A stretch of 64,000 nt of DNA, taken from positions 21,718-85,717 of the forward strand of contig CAZZGZ010000004.1 of NCBI GenBank assembly GCA_964653635.1, read 5' to 3'. A program made the translations under genes and the position numbers. This document shows positions 28,432-36,293 of this stretch, in pieces. The notes below the pieces were generated by a model. The model saw only the letters and a program-made list of their open reading frames with translations. It made no database searches and was not told the origin of the DNA. The stretch's first letter is position 1, and the number at the start of each line of letters is the position of its first letter. Source of the DNA: an uncultured Lachnospiraceae bacterium (GTDB taxonomy: Bacteria; Bacillota; Clostridia; Christensenellales; UBA1242).

Positions 28432-31122
28432 CTATGTTGTGATTAAGTCTTTCACATACTCTAATGCAACGATGTTAACAGTAGTTCGGCTTGTAGCACC
28501 AGTAATAATAAATGTTTGACCTACACCTGCAGTAACAATAGAATTTTGTTCTTCCTCATTTATACCTCCGGACTTTTTATAAAGTTCAACAAGGTCATTT
28601 ATATCGTTAGGTGCAAGTGAAAAGATAAGCGAATACTGACACGCATTGATAATTGCTGTTGATTGACGCCTAATCTCCTCAGACCCAACAAAGTCAGCGA
28701 TATTTTGTGTAATTACAATTTCCATCCCACCATATTTTCGAATACGTTTTGCCATTTGTTGCATGAAATCTAGTGCAACGGGATATTTTGGATTTATAAA
28801 CATGTGCGCCTCGTCGACACAAACAATAATTTTGCGTTTTAAATGAAATTTTTCATTAAAATCCTTATTGTTAATAATTTCATTGTTTAAATACTTAAAT
28901 ACAAGCAACATTTGTGCTGAAATCATAGTTGGATTATTGGAAGCAACGAGAGACTGAAAATTAAATGTAACAAAATTTTCATTAGTCTCAATACTTGTTG
29001 GCCCATTCCAGATATTACTATTTCTACCACCTGTTGTAAACTTTTTAATGTAAACTTCAATAGTCATTAGATTTTTAAGAGTAAATTCATCTTTTGCCGT
29101 TTTTATATTTTCTTGAATAACTTCATAAAAATCATCAAAAATTGGAAAATCAGCAGGTCCTAATTTACTCAAATCTGTTGAAAAGTCAATGTTTTTCTTT
29201 TTATATGTATCCAGCACCAACGAATTTAATAGCTCAAATGCGTCAGTATTTATACCTTCAAGTATCGTTCTAAAAAATTGCTCCAAAAATTGTAAATGTT
29301 GAGAAAAGGTATCCCCTACTATTACCTTTTTAGGTTTTTTTACTTGCTCTTCATCACTTTCTTCATCAGACTTAACTACATCAAGATCATCCCCTTCAAG
29401 GTTGGTCATCACGTGAAAAGGATTTATTATACCATGCATAGAAGACCCTACATCTATGAATTTACCACCCAAAGTTTCAGTTAATTTCTTATACTCATTT
29501 TCTGGATCAAGTATGAAAATTTTACTATTATCTGCAGCAAAATTAGTAAGTAGTGTCTTAGTTGCATAACTCTTCCCTGACCCTGATTTACCTATAACCA
29601 TCATATTTGAATTGACTCTTTCACGGTCCCGCTTGAAAAAGTCAACATAAACTGGATACTCATTATCTCCAATATAAAAACCATTCTCATCCTGCAACGC
29701 ACTTGAAATGAATGGAAATACTGCCGCAAGTGTGGTTGTTGGAATGCCACGTTTTGTATCCTTGATATTATCTTTCATAGAAATATTAGAAGATATGTAA
29801 GCGTCAACCTGTCTTGAAAACATTTCAGAATATTTAAATCCAGCCTGTTTAAGCATAGCCCTTACATCTTTTTTAGCTGCATCTTCAGCAATTACAAAAG
29901 TATTGACTTCAAAAAGTTGTTGATTGTTATTTTTTAAATTCGCAAGCAAGTCTTTCAAAGTCTCTATATGAGTCTGAATTTCTATCTTTTTACTACTCCT
30001 ACCAACTTTGCTATATTTTGCTTCCATTTCCATAATTGCTTTATCAATTTGTTTCTCTGAGTCTAGCTTATCCATTGGCTTGAACTTCATATGTACCTTA
30101 GTTCTATCCAAAAGGAAAAACGATGCACCCCACGCATTGCCAACTTGCAAAGGATAATCGGTTATAACAAACGTTCGATACGCCTTATCATTGGTTAAGT
30201 ATCTTGCCGTTTTAAAGGTCACCTTTTCAGGTCTTGCCCATTTAGCATAATCACCATAGGGAACTAGCTCAACATCACGCTCATCAAATTCTTTACTATT
30301 GTAAGCTTTTAAGAAAATTGCAAGTTCTTGATTTTTTAATCTAGTGCTTGTAATGGGGGAAATACAAGTCGCAAGTGAATTTATCATCCCCTCTAATGTC
30401 GTATTAATCGCTTCCTTATCCTTATCATACACAACTATATAAAAATAATCTTTGTAAATCTTATTGACTGAGTTTTTTTCTAGTAGATCAGATACTCTCT
30501 CCTCAAATATTGGTGCCCGGGCATCTATCTCAGTTTGTGTCATTTGTTTTTCATAAAGCAGGTCGTAGAGTAAGTCATATTTCGAATTTTCATTATGTAT
30601 GTAATTATCAAAAACCATTGCTTTATTTAGTTTTATCACAGAACAAGTTTGAGTTTGTGTTAATCTCATAAGTGCATTAGAAAAACTTGAAATCACAGAG
30701 TTTTGGTTATACTCATTCAAAAGTCCAAAAAGAATTGGTTTTATTTCCAAAACTCCAGCATAATAAACACCAAAATCAATAAATTGCTCTTCCGTAATTC
30801 TTTCGTATGGTACAATCTCTTGAATATTCCCCTTATCATTTTCACCACCCATGGTGAACCTCTTTTTTTGAACCATAAATTTTAAAAGATACGTTATAGT
30901 TACATAAAAACGTCTATCATCAGCCACCTTCAAAAACATTGCGATAGACAAAATTATCCAAGATAAGACAACTGCAAATTTAATAGCGAAAGAATTAAAA
31001 AAATTCGCAAAAATCAACAAGACCGCCACAACTACACAAAAAATACCCAGCACTAGGTCAAGTCCTGTCACCCCTTTGATAAATTCAAGTTTAACTTTTG
31101 TCTTTCTAGGAATTACGTACAT
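28432..31122 (-). CDS. VirB4/TrsE-family (Gram-positive conjugation-type) ATPase with fused N-terminal PrgI/VirB3-like membrane module
   Basis: 896 aa. The N-terminus IPRKTKVKLEFIKGVTGLDL plus two hydrophobic helices resembles PrgI/VirB3. ATPase-core motifs: Walker A MVIGKSGSGKSYATKTLL (GKSGSGKS at 29569-29592); ILDPENEYKKLTETLGGKFIDV...INPFHV; Walker B IIVCVDEAHMF (DE at 28810-28815); RKYGGMEIVITQNIADF. This pattern is typical of Tn916-Orf16 / CD1110-type VirB4 proteins. Confidence 0.78.
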   Translation of the reverse strand: MYVIPRKTKVKLEFIKGVTGLDLVLGIFCVVVAVLLIFANFFNSFAIKFAVVLSWIILSIAMFLKVADDRRFYVTITYLLKFMVQKKRFTMGGENDKGNIQEIVPYERITEEQFIDFGVYYAGVLEIKPILFGLLNEYNQNSVISSFSNALMRLTQTQTCSVIKLNKAMVFDNYIHNENSKYDLLYDLLYEKQMTQTEIDARAPIFEERVSDLLEKNSVNKIYKDYFYIVVYDKDKEAINTTLEGMINSLATCISPITSTRLKNQELAIFLKAYNSKEFDERDVELVPYGDYAKWARPEKVTFKTARYLTNDKAYRTFVITDYPLQVGNAWGASFFLLDRTKVHMKFKPMDKLDSEKQIDKAIMEMEAKYSKVGRSSKKIEIQTHIETLKDLLANLKNNNQQLFEVNTFVIAEDAAKKDVRAMLKQAGFKYSEMFSRQVDAYISSNISMKDNIKDTKRGIPTTTLAAVFPFISSALQDENGFYIGDNEYPVYVDFFKRDRERVNSNMMVIGKSGSGKSYATKTLLTNFAADNSKIFILDPENEYKKLTETLGGKFIDVGSSMHGIINPFHVMTNLEGDDLDVVKSDEESDEEQVKKPKKVIVGDTFSQHLQFLEQFFRTILEGINTDAFELLNSLVLDTYKKKNIDFSTDLSKLGPADFPIFDDFYEVIQENIKTAKDEFTLKNLMTIEVYIKKFTTGGRNSNIWNGPTSIETNENFVTFNFQSLVASNNPTMISAQMLLVFKYLNNEIINNKDFNEKFHLKRKIIVCVDEAHMFINPKYPVALDFMQQMAKRIRKYGGMEIVITQNIADFVGSEEIRRQSTAIINACQYSLIFSLAPNDINDLVELYKKSGGINEEEQNSIVTAGVGQTFIITGATSRTTVNIVALEYVKDLITT

Positions 31123-31306
31123 TCTTTATTATCTCCTAAGATAAATATATTTATATATTTTTATGATACAACAATTTTATTTAAAAATACAAATAAAAAA
31201 CATATTTTAATAAATTTGTTTCAGAAAATAAAAAATAATAAAAAATAATAAAAAATGCCATTTTATTTGTTTTTTTTAATATTTTTTTATTATTTTTATA
31301 TTCTTT

Positions 31307-31822
31307 CTATATTTTTGGAATTAAAGTGACTCTAACTGGAATAGGAAATACCTTCCCCATAGTTTCAACTTTTATTTCCTTTGCATCATTTTTAAGTTTC
31401 TGGAAAATTTTTGTCTTAACCTTTGCCCTACTTCCAATAATAACGCAATCTGAACTTGCTATTTTTATCTGAGATGGCTTAAATTCACACAAAGTTGTTA
31501 TAATTTTTATGATGTCATATCTTTCAAAAGCAAAATTCGATATCGTTCCTAAAAATACACCATTAGAGGAATACACATCGCACCCTACAGGATTAAAGAA
31601 TTCATCATCTTGCATGTAAGATATCTCAAAAGCATCATCTATAAATATTGCATCTCCCATTTTTTCAACATATGATAATGGCAATATACCCTTATTTTCT
31701 TCTTTATCCACAATGCAAAATCCGGATATTTTTTTTAAATCTCTATTAAAGCATAAACTACTTACATATCCTATATATGATCCAGAATTTGAAAAAACCT
31801 TTTGTCCGATTTTATCTAACAT
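31307..31822 (-). CDS. PRC-barrel domain protein (two tandem PRC-like halves)
   Basis: IGQKVFSNSGSYIGYVSSLCFNRDLKKISGFCIVD and VGCDVYSSNGVFLGTISNFAFERYDIIKI fit the PRC-barrel G-x-V-x(4)-G-x-x-G-x-V pattern. The start is moved to the ATG at 31822, 5 nt after a GAGGT SD. Confidence 0.5.
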   Translation of the reverse strand: MLDKIGQKVFSNSGSYIGYVSSLCFNRDLKKISGFCIVDKEENKGILPLSYVEKMGDAIFIDDAFEISYMQDDEFFNPVGCDVYSSNGVFLGTISNFAFERYDIIKIITTLCEFKPSQIKIASSDCVIIGSRAKVKTKIFQKLKNDAKEIKVETMGKVFPIPVRVTLIPKI

Positions 31823-31849
31823 AATAACCTCATGTCTTAAAATATTCAA

Positions 31850-31878
31850 ATAGTAATGCTTAAATTACAGAATGTCAA
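31850..31878 (-). promoter_or_regulatory. sigma-A-type promoter for the PRC-barrel gene
   Basis: On the minus strand: TTGACA (31878-31873), a 17-nt spacer, then TACTAT (31855-31850). Confidence 0.5.
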
Positions 31879-31917
31879 AATTAGACAAATTATTTTTTAT
31901 TTATCTTAAATATATAA

Positions 31918-31946
31918 TTGACATATATTATAATTTATGATATACT
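31918..31946 (+). promoter_or_regulatory. sigma-A-type promoter (extended -10) for the DUF1858 gene
   Basis: TTGACA (31918-31923), a 17-nt spacer containing TG at 31938-31939, then TATACT (31941-31946). An AGGGAGAA SD and the ATG at 31966 follow. Confidence 0.65.
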
Positions 31947-31965
31947 ATTTTTAGGGAGAATTTAT

Positions 31966-32166
31966 ATGAAAAAAAAGATAACTAAGGACATGACCATAGG
32001 CGAACTTTTAGAAGTAAACGATAAATTAGGCGAGGTCCTTTTAGGTTTTGGCATGCACTGTTTTACATGTCCTGTAAGCCAAATGGAAACATTGGAAGAG
32101 GCTGCTATGGTTCATGATATAGATATAGATTTTTTGATAAAAAAATTAAATGAAAATAATAAATAA
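31966..32166 (+). CDS. DUF1858 / hybrid-cluster-protein-associated redox disulfide protein
   Basis: 66 aa. MKKKITKDMTIGELLEVNDKLGEVLLGFGMHCFTCPVSQMETLEEAAMVHDIDIDFLIKKLN carries the family signature GMHC-x2-CP...ETLEEAA..H.ID. The ORF-track start at 31918 lies on the promoter. Confidence 0.75.
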   Translation: MKKKITKDMTIGELLEVNDKLGEVLLGFGMHCFTCPVSQMETLEEAAMVHDIDIDFLIKKLNENNK

Positions 32167-32191
32167 TTAATTTTTTAGTAAAAAAATAATA

Positions 32192-32229
32192 AAAAAATAG
32201 GTTTTAAAATAATTTTGAACCTATTTTTT
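32192..32229 (+). terminator. terminator of the DUF1858 gene, overlapping the hflX 3' end
   Basis: aaaaaataggtt / aacctatttttt inverted repeat with a 14-nt loop, followed by a T-tract. Confidence 0.4.
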
Positions 32230-33283
32230 CTTTTAATTCTCTTATGCCGATATTATTTTTTGCGGATAAATAAATTTTATCATCATCGATTTTCACGTGT
32301 TGCAAGTTATCACATTTATTAAACACAATCATTCTGTTTTTAGTAACTTTCATATCATCTAATATATTTTCAGTAATTTTAATATTCTCATCTGCATATT
32401 TATCAGCAAAGTCAACAACATGTAATATTAAATCAGCATTTTGTATTTCTTCCATTGTTGAAGCAAAACTTTCAACAAGTTCATGTGGAAGGTCTGCAAT
32501 AAATCCTACTGTATCAGTGATAACACACGATTTACCATCTTCTAAATACAATCTTCTAGAAGTTGTGTCTAAAGTTGCAAAAAGCTTATCCTTAGCTAAA
32601 ATATTTTCTTTTACGAGTTTATTTAAAAGAGTAGATTTTCCTGCATTTGTATATCCAACTATAACTACTTTTTTAACCACATTACTCTTTTGTTTTTCTC
32701 TATTTATCTTGCGATTTTTTTTGATTTTTTTTATTTCATTTTCTAAAGATAATATTTCCTCATTGAGTTTACGTTTATCGAGTTCGATCTTCGTTTCCCC
32801 TGGTCCTCTCATGCCAACTCCAACTCCTCCAAATCTACCATCTTTAAACTGCATGCTAGAAAGCCTATTTAACGCATATTTATCTTGAGCCAACTTTACT
32901 TCAATCTTACCATCGTTTGAATTAGCATTTTGAGCAAATATATCAAGTATTAATGTTACTCTATCAATTACTTTAACATTTAAACTATCACATAGATTTT
33001 TAGTCTGCGAACCTGACAATTTATAGTCAACTATCACAACATCAATTTTATTCTCTTCTATAAACTTTGCAACTTCTTGAACTTTACCTTCTCCAATAAT
33101 AAATTTGGGACTAATCTGTTTTATCACTTGTGAAAAGGTTTTTACGCACTCAAGTCTTGCCGTATCACACAGCCTTTTCATTTCATACTCTTTTTTTTCA
33201 AAATTCTCATGACCAAAAAGTGGAAAGATTATAACACACTTTTCCATATCTAAACTCTTTACATTTTCTAAAAATTGTTTCAT
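32204..33283 (-). CDS. hflX: GTPase HflX
   Basis: 359 aa with the HflX N-domain, a coiled linker (LENEIKKIKKNRKINREKQK), G1 GYTNAGKSTLLN, G3 DTVGF and G4 NKCD. Confidence 0.9.
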   Translation of the reverse strand: MKQFLENVKSLDMEKCVIIFPLFGHENFEKKEYEMKRLCDTARLECVKTFSQVIKQISPKFIIGEGKVQEVAKFIEENKIDVVIVDYKLSGSQTKNLCDSLNVKVIDRVTLILDIFAQNANSNDGKIEVKLAQDKYALNRLSSMQFKDGRFGGVGVGMRGPGETKIELDKRKLNEEILSLENEIKKIKKNRKINREKQKSNVVKKVVIVGYTNAGKSTLLNKLVKENILAKDKLFATLDTTSRRLYLEDGKSCVITDTVGFIADLPHELVESFASTMEEIQNADLILHVVDFADKYADENIKITENILDDMKVTKNRMIVFNKCDNLQHVKIDDDKIYLSAKNNIGIRELKEKIGSKLF

Positions 33284-33290
33284 GAGTAAA

Positions 33291-33319
33291 ATTATAACAA
33301 ATCTGACTGATTAATTCAA
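33291..33319 (-). promoter_or_regulatory. near-consensus sigma-A promoter abutting the hflX start codon
   Basis: On the minus strand: TTGAAT (33319-33314), a 17-nt spacer, then TATAAT (33296-33291). Only 7 nt (tttactc) separate the -10 from the ATG, and there is no SD. Confidence 0.6.
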
Positions 33320-33347
33320 CTTTTATTTATTATTTAAGTAAAAAAAT

Positions 33348-33378
33348 AAAAAATAGCTTATTTTTTTTGCTATTTTTT
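33348..33378 (-). terminator. terminator after the lipoprotein gene
   Basis: aaaaaatagc / gctatttttt inverted repeat with an 11-nt loop, immediately downstream of the stop at 33384. A T-run follows on the minus strand. Confidence 0.45.
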
Positions 33379-33383
33379 TATTT

Positions 33384-34034
33384 TTATGAAGAACTGACCA
33401 CATCTCCTGTTTTAGTATCAATTACAACTGCATGCATATTTGATTTTTCATCAATCATTATAAAACCATAAAATAGTCCATCAAGTGTGGTTGAAGAAAG
33501 TACTCTTACATAAAATTCACATGAATAAGAATTTTTAGAATTTAAAATCTCTGTTTTTAAGTTTTCGCATGCGATTTCAAGCACTTTATCTACCGAGATT
33601 TCAAATTCATTAGATCTGCAATTAAATTCAACACTTTCATTCGCATAATTCAATCTTAAACTCGAGTCTTCACTAAAGTCGAACATTAACTCTGCATAAT
33701 AATTGCCATCAACTTGAAAAAAACTTACTTTTATATCATTTGCAGTATCGTCTACATATAAAATCATTGATATAGATTCATACGTAGCACCGCTCTTTAA
33801 GATGATCTTTAAAAGGGCATATTCACTTAGTTCATGGCTTACGCCATCCATCGCATATTCCTCTTCCCTCTCCCCGCAATAAATATATCCAATAAAGTTT
33901 TCGCCTTTGCATTCATAATACGTTTCCACTATTTCAGACAAGTTATCTTTTACATAGGTTGTAAGTTCGCTTTCACACCCAGCAAAACTGAAACATATTG
34001 ATACTAAAACCAAACAAAATAAAGTTTTTTTCAT
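33384..34034 (-). CDS. hypothetical lipoprotein
   Basis: 216 aa. The signal peptide MKKTLFCLVLVSICFSFAGC carries a lipobox. An AGGAG SD is present. No family was recognised. Confidence 0.6.
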   Translation of the reverse strand: MKKTLFCLVLVSICFSFAGCESELTTYVKDNLSEIVETYYECKGENFIGYIYCGEREEEYAMDGVSHELSEYALLKIILKSGATYESISMILYVDDTANDIKVSFFQVDGNYYAELMFDFSEDSSLRLNYANESVEFNCRSNEFEISVDKVLEIACENLKTEILNSKNSYSCEFYVRVLSSTTLDGLFYGFIMIDEKSNMHAVVIDTKTGDVVSSS

Positions 34035-34104
34035 TTTTTTACTCCTATAGTTAATTTTAGTAGATTTTTTGCAAAAATGTAGTATAATATTTTGGGAGAA
34101 ATAT

Positions 34105-35025
34105 ATGAAAAATGTTCAATTTTATATAAAAAAATCGATCAAAAATCACTTTGCTCTTGGAGCTTTCAACTTTTCTAATATGGAAACCTTAAAAGCTATT
34201 GCATATGCAAGCAAAGAGACAAACTCGCCCTGTTTCTGTTCAACTAGTGAAGGTGCGATTGAGTATATGGGGCTTGACATGATTGTTGCTATGTTCAATG
34301 CTATAAAAAGAGAGACTAAGGCTCCAATATTTTTACATTTAGATCACGGCAAAAGTTATCAGATGTGTAAAAAATGTGTCGATGCCGGATACGATTCAGT
34401 AATGATAGATGGCTCTAGCCTTCCATTTAAGGAAAATGTGGCACTAACAAAAAAAGTTTGTGACTATGCCCACGAACATAATACGCTTGTTGAAGGTGAA
34501 ATAGGAGTTTTAAAGGGGGTTGAAGATAACACATCATCACAAGTCAATATTTATACAAATCCAAAACAAGCTCATGATTTTGTTGACCAAACTAATTGCG
34601 ACCTACTAGCTATTGCCATCGGGACAAGCCACGGGGCATATAAATACGAAGGCAAGCAGAGTTTGAATTTTGAAATACTTAAAGAAATAGAAAAACTTTT
34701 ACCTAACTTCCCATTGGTGCTTCATGGTGCCTCATCTGTGCCACAACAATACATACAAACAATAAATGCCTATGGTGGAAACATAATTCATGCTATTGGT
34801 ATTAATGAAAAAATGATTAAAAAATGTGTGAAAAATCATAACATTGTCAAAGTAAATACCGACACCGATCTTCGTCTTGCTTTTACAAGCACTATTCGAA
34901 AATATCTTTATGAAAATCCACATGACTTTAATTTTCGCTCATATTTGCAAAAAGCTCAAAACGAAGTACAAAAATTAGTACAAGAAAAAATGGTAAACTT
35001 ATTTTATAGTGAAAATCAAAAATAA
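34105..35025 (+). CDS. fba: class II fructose-1,6-bisphosphate aldolase
   Basis: Motifs LHLDHG, GTSHGAYK and LVLHGASS. The start is moved to the ATG at 34105, after a GGGAGAA SD. Confidence 0.9.
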   Translation: MKNVQFYIKKSIKNHFALGAFNFSNMETLKAIAYASKETNSPCFCSTSEGAIEYMGLDMIVAMFNAIKRETKAPIFLHLDHGKSYQMCKKCVDAGYDSVMIDGSSLPFKENVALTKKVCDYAHEHNTLVEGEIGVLKGVEDNTSSQVNIYTNPKQAHDFVDQTNCDLLAIAIGTSHGAYKYEGKQSLNFEILKEIEKLLPNFPLVLHGASSVPQQYIQTINAYGGNIIHAIGINEKMIKKCVKNHNIVKVNTDTDLRLAFTSTIRKYLYENPHDFNFRSYLQKAQNEVQKLVQEKMVNLFYSENQK

Positions 35026-35042
35026 GTTTTTAAGATATTAAA

Positions 35043-35090
35043 ATAGCAAAAAAAACGCCAAAATTGATAAATTTTGACGTTTTTTGCTAT
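35043..35090. terminator. bidirectional terminator between fba and the ThyX-like gene
   Basis: Long imperfect inverted repeat atagcaaaaaaaacgccaaaat / attttgacgttttttgctat around a 5-nt loop. It overlaps the stop of the minus-strand gene. Confidence 0.5.
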
Positions 35091-36268
35091 ATTTTTCTTT
35101 CGCCAATCACACCCTCATAAAAATTACATGGTGTGTTACATGAAAAATCTGTAAAAGTACAACGTGACCCTTTCATAAAACTTTCAAGTCTTTCAGCCTG
35201 TGGGTGATTTGTTTCTTTTAAATACTCATACATTTCTTTTTTTGTTTTAGTGGTTTGATTATCAATCTCAAGTTGAGCCTGAGAACAATTTCTTTCATAG
35301 AGTTTGAGAATAAAATTTTCCATTGTGCCTTTTTCAGTTATATTTATTAATGTCCCCTGTGGAAAATTATCAGCAACACTAGCGAAATCATCCTGCCACA
35401 TCTTACAAAGTTCTCTGTTATTTTTGATAATAGGTGGAATATAGCATTGATTAGTTATTGGATATGAAAATGAATAACTCATGGTTCGATGACGTTGCCC
35501 TTGTGCAAGTAATGCGAAGGATCCCATGTAACTACAAACATAAACATCTCCAAAATATTTTATTATTGGCTTTTCACTTCTATCAATCAACGATAAACTT
35601 CGATTTTTAAAATTATCAGCAAGTTTATCATCAACATAAGGTAGTTTCTCTAATTCGAATAAAAACTTCTCCAGTTCTTCTTTTAGTCTTACTGAAAATC
35701 CATCCGTGTAATTTCTTAACAACTCTATTTCTTTTCTAAACATACCTATCAAGATATTAAATTGGCGATATGTCACTGTATACACCATTGATGTTGTTGG
35801 ATTAAAAATTGATGTAAGATATCTTGCATTTTCTTGTGCCAACTTTGTAATTTTGACATCTGTAAACCATTTTGGTGCCTTACCATCATATTCTTTATGT
35901 ATGCTTGCCTGATAAAGCTCTAACCATTTGTTATATAATTTTTCTTCCTTTTCTGGAAGAGGCATGCGTTTATAACGAGCCGACTTTTCGGATGTTACAT
36001 AATATTTTTCGTTATTTATAATCATAGCAACAATCTTAGGTATATCATTAATCGCAAGAGTTATATTGCAATGATCGAATGGACTATGATGCCCAGACAT
36101 CTTTATTCCATTCATTCTCCTTTCAGTCTTTTCGCTAGACTCAGATAGTAAACCATCTATAGTATTAGGTAAGTAGCATACGCCCGCCATCAGTCCGCCC
36201 ATATGATCTAGTTCCTCTTTTGAGGCAACATACCCCATCTTAGTTGATGCAATTACCTTTACTTCCAT
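35087..36268 (-). CDS. tandem-duplicated ThyX (Thy1-fold, flavin-dependent thymidylate synthase)-like protein
   Basis: 393 aa. The N-half GHHSPFDHCNITLAINDIPKIVAMIINNEKYYVTSEKSARY aligns with the ThyX segment GHETPFEH..FTF......VARQ..RHR..S...LSGRY, but without RHR. The C-half has QGQRHRTMSYS and the ThyX-like R-x5-AQLEI motif (ERNCSQAQLEI). Confidence 0.6.
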   Translation of the reverse strand: MEVKVIASTKMGYVASKEELDHMGGLMAGVCYLPNTIDGLLSESSEKTERRMNGIKMSGHHSPFDHCNITLAINDIPKIVAMIINNEKYYVTSEKSARYKRMPLPEKEEKLYNKWLELYQASIHKEYDGKAPKWFTDVKITKLAQENARYLTSIFNPTTSMVYTVTYRQFNILIGMFRKEIELLRNYTDGFSVRLKEELEKFLFELEKLPYVDDKLADNFKNRSLSLIDRSEKPIIKYFGDVYVCSYMGSFALLAQGQRHRTMSYSFSYPITNQCYIPPIIKNNRELCKMWQDDFASVADNFPQGTLINITEKGTMENFILKLYERNCSQAQLEIDNQTTKTKKEMYEYLKETNHPQAERLESFMKGSRCTFTDFSCNTPCNFYEGVIGERKI

Positions 36269-36293
36269 TCTTTTCTCCTTTTAATTTTTCTTA

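Noticed and set aside
18102-31122. Interpreting the ATPase plus giant-gene block as an integrative conjugative element, prophage or genomic island.
   Set aside because: - There is no integrase, recombinase, relaxase, coupling protein, replication or phage gene.
- There is no flanking direct repeat or tRNA target.
- No obvious compositional shift is visible by eye.
- Only one T4SS-type gene is present.
- I therefore report it as an orphan module rather than a mobile element. A decayed ICE remnant cannot be excluded.
31200-31306. Repetitive A/T tract (aaaaaataataaaaaataataaaaaat ... tttttttaatatttttttattattttt) upstream of the VirB4-like gene. I considered it as a repeat array, a terminator or a promoter.
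   Set aside because: - It is low-complexity A/T sequence with no spacer-repeat periodicity, so it is not CRISPR-like.
- The candidate hairpins are A/T-only, and several equally weak -35/-10 pairs can be drawn.
- None could be supported.
31918-31965. N-terminal extension of the DUF1858 ORF (ORF-track start at 31918, MTYIIIYDILFLGRIY).
   Set aside because: The extension coincides with the TTGACA/TATACT promoter and the SD. The family-typical protein starts at MKKKITKDMTIGELL (31966).
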